A stretch of DNA of 6,130 nt from Nitrososphaerota archaeon (GCA_002713205.1 PAVW01000007.1:1-6130); one strand, 5' to 3'; numbered from the stretch's first letter, positions 1 to 5,732 are shown. Notes: a model not told the origin generated them from the letters alone. A program made the numbers and translations.

Positions 1-75
1 GCTGCAGGTGCGGGTGCTGCAGGTGCGGGTGCTGCAGGTGCGGGTGCTGCAGGTGCGGGTGCTGCAGGTGCAGGT
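1..75. repeat. 15-bp tandem repeat GCTGCAGGTGCGGGT: 4 perfect copies plus 1 one-base variant (GCTGCAGGTGCAGGT); array truncated by the window edge
   Basis: Direct reading: units at 1-15, 16-30, 31-45 and 46-60 are identical, and 61-75 differs at one base. The unit is 11/15 G+C in an otherwise AT-rich window. The period is a multiple of 3 and encodes PAPAA in the minus-strand CDS frame. Confidence 0.95.
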
Positions 76-584
76 TCTTCTGCGCGAGCTGCAAATAATT
101 CTCTTTCCAAGTCAGAAATTCTTGCATTGGCAATTAGTACGGCTTCCTTAGTTTCTTCTAAATCAGAACGGAGAGTTTCAATAACACGTGAATCTGATGC
201 TATTTGTTCAGATCTAGTGTTTAATTCCTGTTGTAAAGTCTGTAATGATTTTTGAGTAGTACTAAGCAAGTCTTTTGTTTCTTGGAATGACGATAGTTGC
301 GCTTCTAATAATCGAATTTCATTAATTGTGTTTTCAAGTTCATTCTTCAAAGCGTTTAGTTCATCATCATTTGATTCAATTATTGGAGATACATCTTCAA
401 TTGTAGGTGAAGGTGTAACAAAAACTTGACTTAAACCATATCCCAATATTGCACCAATAAGTAATCCAATTATTGTAAAGATAATTTTTGGTGAAAAACG
501 AGGAGGTTCATCTTTTGAATCTGATTCTGTTTTCTTAGGAGTTTCTTTATCAGAATCCGGAATATATATGGGATCAAACGCCAT
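1..584 (-). CDS. Partial CDS (N-terminal 194 codons; 3' end runs off the left window edge): single-pass membrane-anchored coiled-coil protein with a Pro/Ala (PAPAA)n repeat
   Basis: Absent from the ORF track because it is edge-truncated. I checked every minus-strand in-frame triplet from ATG (584..582) down to position 3 and found no stop. An in-frame stop lies just upstream (forward tta at 594..596). Translation: MAFDPIYIPDSDKETPKKTESDSKDEPPRFSPK-IIFTIIGLLIGAILGYGLSQVFV (hydrophobic helix), then ...DELNALKNELENTINEIRLLEAQLSSFQETKDLLSTTQKSLQTLQQELNTRSEQIASDSRVIETLRSDLEETKEAVLIANARISDLERELFAARAEE (heptad-like coiled coil), then PAPAA x5. A TATA-like box sits 30 nt upstream of the ATG. Confidence 0.75.
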   Translation of the reverse strand, partial: MAFDPIYIPDSDKETPKKTESDSKDEPPRFSPKIIFTIIGLLIGAILGYGLSQVFVTPSPTIEDVSPIIESNDDELNALKNELENTINEIRLLEAQLSSFQETKDLLSTTQKSLQTLQQELNTRSEQIASDSRVIETLRSDLEETKEAVLIANARISDLERELFAARAEEPAPAAPAPAAPAPAAPAPAAPAPA

Positions 585-606
585 TGTAAATTTTTAGTAT
601 TTAATT

Positions 607-614
607 CTTTTATA
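607..614 (-). promoter_or_regulatory. Candidate archaeal TATA box (TATAAAAG on the minus strand) for the 1..584 gene
   Basis: Forward cttttata at 607..614 is TATAAAAG on the minus strand. Its 5' edge is 30 nt upstream of the ATG at 584, which fits a leaderless transcript. AT-rich background makes chance matches likely. Confidence 0.35.
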
Positions 615-658
615 GTTTACCTTGTATAATAGAAAATTGTAAAATTTTATCAAATTGC

Positions 659-668
659 TTAATAAATA
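659..668 (+). promoter_or_regulatory. Candidate TATA-like box (TTAATAAATA) for msrA
   Basis: The 5' edge lies 29 nt upstream of the TTG start at 688. The region is so AT-rich that this is weak evidence. Confidence 0.25.
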
Positions 669-687
669 ATAAAATTAATAGTTTTTA

Positions 688-1149
688 TTGGAAAAAGCAA
701 TTTTTGGAGCAGGGTGTTTTTGGCATGTACAAGAAACATTTGACCAAGTGAAAGGAATAATATCAACATCTGTGGGTTATTCAGGAGGGAATATTGATAA
801 TCCTACATACCAGCAAGTGTGTTCAGGAACCACTGGACATGTAGAGGTAGTAGAAATTGTATTTAACCCAAATATAATCACATATGATAAATTGTTAGAG
901 TTATTTTGGAATAATCACGATCCGACCACTAAAGATAGGCAAGGTCCAGATATAGGTCATCAATATAGATCAATTATATATTATTTTAATTCTCAACAAA
1001 AAGATGCAGCAGAATTATCAAAACAGAATTTTCAAAAATCAGGAAAAATAAATAATAGTATTATAACAGAAATAAAACCGGTAATAAATTATTATAAAGC
1101 AGAAGAATATCATCAGAATTATTTTAGTAAAAAAGTAAGTGGTATATAA
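688..1149 (+). CDS. msrA: Peptide-methionine (S)-S-oxide reductase MsrA, short form
   Basis: The N-terminal GAGCFWHVQ carries the MsrA catalytic GCFW motif. Also present are family-typical VGYSGG, YQQVCSGTTGHVEVV, DPTTKDRQGPDIGHQYRS and AEEYHQNY. The start must be TTG at 688: an in-frame TAG lies at 679..681 and the gene has no in-frame ATG anywhere. Confidence 0.93.
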   Translation: MEKAIFGAGCFWHVQETFDQVKGIISTSVGYSGGNIDNPTYQQVCSGTTGHVEVVEIVFNPNIITYDKLLELFWNNHDPTTKDRQGPDIGHQYRSIIYYFNSQQKDAAELSKQNFQKSGKINNSIITEIKPVINYYKAEEYHQNYFSKKVSGI

Positions 1150-1166
1150 TATATGGTAAAAATATT

Positions 1167-1994
1167 ATGAAATTTGGTATATCTATACCTGTTACAATAG
1201 GAGAGAAATGGAAGGAAAAATTATTAGAATGTTTACCTCAGATTGAAGAATATGGTTTTTCATCTTTACTTATTTGGGATCATTATATGCTTCCAGAAAA
1301 ATATGGAGTTAAAAGTAATAATACAATTGATGCGTGGACATTACTATCATTCATAGCAGCAAATACAACAAAAATTAAACTGGGAACATGTGTTACACCA
1401 ATTCCTTTTCGTCCACCTCAATTATTAGCAAAAATTGTTTCATCGTTAGATAATATATCAAATGGCAGGGTAATATTAGGAGTTGGAGCTGGTTGGCATA
1501 AACCAGAATTTGATGCATATAGTTCATGGGATAATAATAAAATTCGATTTGAAAAAACAGCAGAGGGGTTAGAATTAATGAAAAAATTATGGACGGAAGA
1601 TGTTGTTAATTTTAATGGAAAACATTATCAAAGTGAAAATGCCATTCTTCAGCCAAAACCCATTCAAAAACCTTTTCCTGAGTTATGGTTTGGTACAATT
1701 GGTAAAAATATGTTAAAACTTATGGTCAAATATGGAACTGCATGGATACCTGTAGGTATTACATCATCAAGTTATTCGAAATATGTAAAATATATAAAAT
1801 CCATAGCAAAAAATGACATTAGGCTAACATATTATGATCACAGGAATATAGAAACCTACAATATAGTTGATAGAATTAATGAATTTGAAAAAGCTGGTTG
1901 TGAATATTTTATCGGATTATTAAAATATGAATCAAATGATATGAAACGAAAATTGAAACAATTTGGAGATATTGTTTCATCTTATCAGAAATAG
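1167..1994 (+). CDS. Luciferase-like monooxygenase (LLM) family flavin/F420-dependent oxidoreductase
   Basis: 275 aa with an ATG start. Motifs typical of LLM-class (TIM-barrel) F420/FMN oxidoreductases: FSSLLIWDHY, LGTCVTPIPFRPPQLLAKIVSSLDNISNGRVILGVGAGWHKPEFDAYG-like, LWTEDVVNFNGKHYQ, QPKPIQKPFPELWFG. It lies 17 nt downstream of msrA and is possibly co-transcribed. Substrate cannot be inferred. Confidence 0.85.
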   Translation: MKFGISIPVTIGEKWKEKLLECLPQIEEYGFSSLLIWDHYMLPEKYGVKSNNTIDAWTLLSFIAANTTKIKLGTCVTPIPFRPPQLLAKIVSSLDNISNGRVILGVGAGWHKPEFDAYSSWDNNKIRFEKTAEGLELMKKLWTEDVVNFNGKHYQSENAILQPKPIQKPFPELWFGTIGKNMLKLMVKYGTAWIPVGITSSSYSKYVKYIKSIAKNDIRLTYYDHRNIETYNIVDRINEFEKAGCEYFIGLLKYESNDMKRKLKQFGDIVSSYQK

Positions 1995-2091
1995 TGGGCA
2001 CGCCCGGATTTGAACCGGGGACCTTCGCCATGTCAAGGCGATGTCCTAACCATTCTAGGATTCTTTTCAAATCTGGCTAGACGACGCGCCC
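1995..2091 (-). tRNA. tRNA-Val (anticodon GAC) with a 22-nt intron in the D-loop; no encoded CCA
   Basis: Hand-folded minus strand. Acceptor GGGCGCG/CGUGCCC (one G-U) plus discriminator A. U8. D-stem GUCU/GGAC. Spliced D-loop AGCCUGGUUA with A14, G18G19 and A21. Anticodon stem UCGCC/GGCGA and loop UUGACAU (anticodon GAC). Variable loop AGGUC. T-arm CCCGG-UUCAAAU-CCGGG. Length is 97 nt, or 75 nt once the insert is removed. Confidence 0.87.
2053..2074 (-). other. Non-canonical tRNA intron (22 nt, AGAUUUGAAAAGAAUCCUAGAA) between D-loop positions 17 and 17a of tRNA-Val
   Basis: Removing it restores a normal D-loop. Bulge-helix-bulge: exon C12U13A14G15 pairs with intron CUAG (4 Watson-Crick bp); 5' bulge is CC|A; inner helix is GAUU/AAUC with a 7-nt loop; 3' bulge is AA|U. 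Both junctions fall after the second nucleotide of a 3-nt bulge. Confidence 0.7.
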
Positions 2092-2114
2092 CTTATTATG
2101 TGGAAAATAGAAAG

Positions 2115-2122
2115 TTATTTAA
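2115..2122 (-). promoter_or_regulatory. Candidate TATA-like box (TTAAATAA on the minus strand) for tRNA-Val
   Basis: The 5' edge lies 31 nt upstream of the tRNA 5' end (2091). AT-rich background, so evidence is weak. Confidence 0.3.
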
Positions 2123-2167
2123 TTGTTCTAGTTCTATATGCTTTTTTTCTAATTTGTTACGAATTTC

Positions 2168-2175
2168 TATAAATA
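2168..2175 (+). promoter_or_regulatory. Candidate TATA box (TATAAATA) for the HTH regulator gene
   Basis: The 5' edge lies 29 nt upstream of the ATG at 2197, the same spacing seen at the other genes in this window. This suggests a leaderless mRNA. Confidence 0.4.
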
Positions 2176-2196
2176 TCAGAATGGTATAATAAAATT

Positions 2197-2580
2197 ATGT
2201 TGCTTCATAGCGAAATAGAAGCTAACGCAATTATACCATTTTTGCGTACTATTGTTGCTAAAAGATTAATTGAAAAATACGATTTAACTCAACAGCAAGC
2301 TGCAACCAAGTTAGGCATAACTCAAGCTACAATAAGTAATTATAAAAATAGAAGTCGTGAAAATATCGAACTTTATCTTATTACGAAACGTATTCAATCA
2401 TTTGCTGATGATATTGCAGTAATGATAATGAAAAATACTAGTGAAATAGAAATAAGTGAGATGTTTGAAACAACTCTTCAATTTATTCGTGGGCAAAATA
2501 TAATATATGATCTACATAAAGAATTAGAAAGTAATCATAATGTAGAAAAATGTCCGATATGTAAAAATAATCTAAAATAG
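2197..2580 (+). CDS. Small XRE-type helix-turn-helix transcriptional regulator with a C-terminal CxxC
   Basis: 127 aa. LTQQQAATKLGITQATISNYKNRSR is a classic HTH_3/XRE helix-turn-helix. The overall layout (N-terminal helix, HTH, C-terminal helical region ending in CPIC) resembles the small archaeal predicted regulators. Family placement beyond XRE-like is not verified. Confidence 0.75.
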   Translation: MLLHSEIEANAIIPFLRTIVAKRLIEKYDLTQQQAATKLGITQATISNYKNRSRENIELYLITKRIQSFADDIAVMIMKNTSEIEISEMFETTLQFIRGQNIIYDLHKELESNHNVEKCPICKNNLK

Positions 2581-2584
2581 ATCA

Positions 2585-2592
2585 TATAATTT
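2585..2592 (+). promoter_or_regulatory. Candidate TATA box (TATAATTT) for the membrane/SpeE-like gene
   Basis: The 5' edge lies 30 nt upstream of the ATG at 2615 but only 21 nt from the GTG at 2606. This favours 2615 as the real start. Confidence 0.3.
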
Positions 2593-2614
2593 TACATATA
2601 ACATTGTGATAATA

Positions 2615-4294
2615 ATGTTCCCAAAATTTGAAAAGAGTAATTATTTCACCACAATATTACGTTTCCAAGTATTCATTTCAGGAGCAGCAGTAATGGTGTT
2701 AGAAGTATTGGGAAGCAGAGTGTTATCACCATATTTTGGAAATACATTATTTGTTTGGGGAAGTCTAATAGGAGTAGTATTAACAGGTCTTAGTTTGGGT
2801 TATACATATGGTGGAAAAAAGGCTGATAATAATTGTTCGTATAGAATATTTTCTATGTTTATATTTATTGCAGGAACATATACTCTGTTAATTACATTTT
2901 TATCGTCTGAAATTTTTCAGATAATTTTAGCATTAAATATTGGAGAAAGATTTGGGCCATTACTTGCAACGATATCAATCTTGGGAATACCAGCATTTTG
3001 TTTAGGAGCAATTACACCATTCTCGATAAAATTGAGTACTGAATCTCTAAAAACAATAGGGCGTACAGCAGGAAATCTATATGCAATATCTACTGCAGGA
3101 GGAATTGTTGGTACTTTTGCAACGGCGTTTTTTTTAGTACCTATATTCGGAGTAAATACAATCTTATTTACAATTAGTGCAATTCTAATCTTATCATCAA
3201 TATTTGGACTAGCTAATTATTTTAAGTTTGTAGCCATTTTCCTTATTATTTTCTCAATATATTCAAATACGGCAATACTACCAGTTGCAGGAGTAACTTA
3301 TCAAAAAGATACATTTTATCACAATCTTATAGTTCATGATAATTCAATGAATAATATTCGAACGTTAATTTTAGACAGTAATTTTCATAGTGCCATGGAT
3401 TTGAATAATCCTGACCGTATTGTTTACGAATATGTAAGGTATTTCCATTTAGGTTTTGTATTTGCTGATAATCCGAAAAATGTTTTATTTATAGGTGGAG
3501 GAGGTTTTACTGGTCCAAAAGACTTCCTTAAATCATATCCAAATGTAAAAATCGATGTAGTTGAGATCGATAAAGATGTAATTCAAGTCGGAAAGGACTA
3601 TTTCCTAGTACCTGAAGATGAAAGATTGCAGATAATTAACCAGGATGGAAGACAATATCTGAGCAATACAATTGACAATTATGATATAATTATACTTGAT
3701 GCTTATGATAAATCATATGTACCATTTCATTTAATGACTAAAGAATTTCACGAGATAATCAATGAGCATCTTTCGGATAATGGCGTATTTATTGCAAATA
3801 TTATTACATCATTAGATGGAAAATCATCAGACCTATTTAGAGCTGAATATAAAACACTAGATAGTGTTTTTCCAAATGTGTATGTATATCCACTCTCATT
3901 AAATCAAGAGCAAATGGTACAAAATGTAATAATTGTAGCACATAAACAAGATACAAGATTACAAAATAAAACAATTAAGCAAGATTATAATTTAGCATTT
4001 AATATATTGGATTTTGCTGATGATGATTATAAAAAATCAATTAAAATTCATGATGTACCAATATTAACAGATAATTTTGCACCTGTAGAAAATTTCATGA
4101 ATCCATTAACTGGAGAAATATATTTCAAAAAGATTATATTACAAAATAATTCTGCAATTATAATTCCTGAAGAAAGAAATTATAGTATAGATCAAAATCA
4201 GTTTGATATAATAACCTGGAGTTTTGTGTTTATTATTATTTTATATTTATTATGTACGTATTTAATTTCCTATACACAAAAAAAGGATAACTAA
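2615..4294 (+). CDS. Fused polytopic membrane domain / spermidine-synthase-like (class I SAM-fold aminopropyl- or methyltransferase) protein with a C-terminal TM anchor
   Basis: The ORF track opens at GTG 2606; I prefer the ATG at 2615 (fourth codon). The N-terminal ~230 aa hold about 7 hydrophobic helices, beginning with the SGAAVMVLEVLGSRVLSPYFGNTLFVWGSLIGVVLTGLSLG signature seen in fused membrane/spermidine-synthase proteins. The C-terminal domain aligns with SpeE: VLFIGGGGFTGP (Gly-rich loop), VDVVEIDKDVIQVGKDYF, INQDGRQYL, YDIIILDAYD, LSDNGVFIAN. The final segment IITWSFVFIIILYLLCTYLISY is another TM helix. Confidence 0.85.
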   Translation: MFPKFEKSNYFTTILRFQVFISGAAVMVLEVLGSRVLSPYFGNTLFVWGSLIGVVLTGLSLGYTYGGKKADNNCSYRIFSMFIFIAGTYTLLITFLSSEIFQIILALNIGERFGPLLATISILGIPAFCLGAITPFSIKLSTESLKTIGRTAGNLYAISTAGGIVGTFATAFFLVPIFGVNTILFTISAILILSSIFGLANYFKFVAIFLIIFSIYSNTAILPVAGVTYQKDTFYHNLIVHDNSMNNIRTLILDSNFHSAMDLNNPDRIVYEYVRYFHLGFVFADNPKNVLFIGGGGFTGPKDFLKSYPNVKIDVVEIDKDVIQVGKDYFLVPEDERLQIINQDGRQYLSNTIDNYDIIILDAYDKSYVPFHLMTKEFHEIINEHLSDNGVFIANIITSLDGKSSDLFRAEYKTLDSVFPNVYVYPLSLNQEQMVQNVIIVAHKQDTRLQNKTIKQDYNLAFNILDFADDDYKKSIKIHDVPILTDNFAPVENFMNPLTGEIYFKKIILQNNSAIIIPEERNYSIDQNQFDIITWSFVFIIILYLLCTYLISYTQKKDN

Positions 4295-4304
4295 TTGATT
4301 TAGA

Positions 4305-5714
4305 ATGAATATGGTTCAATATGATGTAGCTATAATCGGGGCAGGTCCTGGCGGTTATTCAGCAGCATTAAAGCTTGCTCAATTGGGTAAAAAAACAGTT
4401 CTTATAGAAAATCACAAGCTTGGAGGCGAGTGTCTTAATTACGGATGTATTCCATCAAAAACAATTATATCTGCAAGTAATTTATTTTATAAAATTTCAA
4501 ATTTTAATGAACAAGGTATAGAATGTGATAATCTATCAATTAATCTTCCAAAATTTCAGTCATGGAAGGAGTCTATTATTAAAAAATTAAATAAAGGAAT
4601 AGAAATACTTTGTAAAAATTATAACGTAACAATAATATTTGGTGCTGCAAAAATTAAAACGAAAAACGTGATACAGGTTAAATCAAATAATCAAATAACA
4701 GAAATATCAACAGATAATATTATTATTGCAACAGGATCACAACCTAAAGAGTTACAGAATTTACAATTTGATCAAGAATTAATTGTTACATCAAAAGAAA
4801 TGTTAGAAATCAAAACCATACCTAGTAATATATTAGTTGTAGGTGGTGGTGCAATTGGTTTAGAATTAGGAACTGCATTTGCAAAAATTGGATCTAAAGT
4901 AACTATAGTAGAAATAACTGATTCATTATTGCCAGGTATAGACGAAGATTTGGTAAATGTTGTAAAAAAATCTTTAAATAATTTAAATGTAGATATTTAT
5001 TTTCGTGCAAAAATTTTACAGGTTGAAAAACATCCAACGAAAATAAAAATAACAATAGAATCAAATGAAAATAAAATTGAAAAGACATTTGATAAAGTTC
5101 TAATTTCAATAGGTCGAATTGCAAATACTAAAAATTTAGGTTTAGAGGCAATTGGAATCAATACAGATAATAACGGATTTGTCAAGGTAGATAAGAATAT
5201 GATGAGTAACATACCAGGAATATATGCGATTGGAGACATAACAGGACCTCCTTGGTTAGCTCATAAAGCTTCAACCCAAGGAATAAAAGTTGCTCATTTT
5301 ATAACAAAATCAAAAATAGCATTACAAGATAATAATATTCCTTATGCAATTTTTACAGAGCCAGAAATTGCCACAATAGGCATATCAGAAGAAGAGGCAT
5401 TAAGGAAAAACATCAGAGTAAAAGTGGGAAAATTTCAATTTGCTGCTAATGCACGTGCTTTGACGAGTAAGGACGCTAATGGTTTTGTAAAGGTTGTGAC
5501 TGATCAAAACTCAGATAAAATTCTTGGGGTTCATATAGTTGGACCTGAGGCTTCGAATTTAATTGGAGAGGCTAGTCTTGCGCTTACAATGAATGTAAAA
5601 ATTGAAGATATTGAAAATACAATTCATCCTCATCCAACTCTAACTGAAGCATTTATGGAAGCGTCTGAAGCTAGTCTAAATCGTTCAATACATTCATTTA
5701 TTAAGAAAATCTAA
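4305..5714 (+). CDS. lpd: Dihydrolipoyl dehydrogenase-type flavoprotein disulfide reductase (E3 / L-protein family)
   Basis: 469 aa. FAD site IIGAGPGGY. Redox-active disulfide GGECLNYGCIPSK (Cys43/Cys48). NAD site VVGGGAIGLELG. YAIGD. C-terminal interface His-Glu motif HPHPTLTE. Together these are Lpd-type rather than glutathione- or mercuric-reductase-type. Confidence 0.9.
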   Translation: MNMVQYDVAIIGAGPGGYSAALKLAQLGKKTVLIENHKLGGECLNYGCIPSKTIISASNLFYKISNFNEQGIECDNLSINLPKFQSWKESIIKKLNKGIEILCKNYNVTIIFGAAKIKTKNVIQVKSNNQITEISTDNIIIATGSQPKELQNLQFDQELIVTSKEMLEIKTIPSNILVVGGGAIGLELGTAFAKIGSKVTIVEITDSLLPGIDEDLVNVVKKSLNNLNVDIYFRAKILQVEKHPTKIKITIESNENKIEKTFDKVLISIGRIANTKNLGLEAIGINTDNNGFVKVDKNMMSNIPGIYAIGDITGPPWLAHKASTQGIKVAHFITKSKIALQDNNIPYAIFTEPEIATIGISEEEALRKNIRVKVGKFQFAANARALTSKDANGFVKVVTDQNSDKILGVHIVGPEASNLIGEASLALTMNVKIEDIENTIHPHPTLTEAFMEASEASLNRSIHSFIKKI

Positions 5715-5718
5715 TCAA

Positions 5719-5724
5719 TTTTTT
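5719..5724 (+). terminator. T6 tract, candidate archaeal oligo-T terminator for lpd
   Basis: TTTTTT begins 5 nt after the lpd TAA stop (5712..5714), just before the convergent tRNA-Leu 3' end. Archaeal RNA polymerase terminates at oligo-T. A T-run in AT-rich DNA is weak evidence. Confidence 0.3.
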
Positions 5725-5732
5725 AATTTAAA

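Noticed and set aside
1-75. CRISPR-like or non-coding satellite interpretation of the terminal tandem repeats (1..75 and 6051..6130)
   Set aside because: The units are contiguous with no spacers. The periods (15 and 36 bp) are multiples of three and continue open reading frames with sensible flanking protein sequence. They are in-frame coding repeats.
1-255. Plus-strand frame-1 ORF entering from the left edge, (AAGAG)n...CNDF, ending at TGA 253..255
   Set aside because: It is also open, but the minus-strand frame is open for the full 584 nt. The minus frame has an ATG with a TATA box at -30, a clear TM helix and a long coiled coil covering the same bases. The plus-strand tail has no recognisable features.
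1143-1150. TATATAAT overlapping the msrA stop as a dedicated promoter for the LLM gene
   Set aside because: Its 5' edge is only 24 nt from the ATG at 1167, shorter than the 29-31 nt seen elsewhere. The 17-nt gap makes co-transcription with msrA the simpler explanation.
2092-2092. Extra G immediately 5' of tRNA-Val as a genome-encoded G-1 (the tRNA-His hallmark)
   Set aside because: The anticodon is unambiguously GAC (Val) and the 7-bp acceptor stem is complete without it. The G is just flanking sequence.
2606-2614. GTG at 2606 as the start of the membrane/SpeE-like gene (the ORF-track start)
   Set aside because: An ATG three codons downstream (2615) sits exactly 30 nt from a TATAATTT box, matching the spacing at the other genes. 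GTG 2606 would be only 21 nt from it. The 9-nt difference has no functional consequence, and the GTG start cannot be strictly excluded.
4903-5239. Two minus-strand ORFs from the track (4903..5124, 73 aa; 4997..5239, 80 aa)
   Set aside because: Both lie entirely antisense within the well-supported lpd CDS and overlap each other in different frames. They translate to low-complexity Leu/Phe/Ile-rich strings typical of the antisense of AT-rich coding DNA, and they have no motifs or promoter context.
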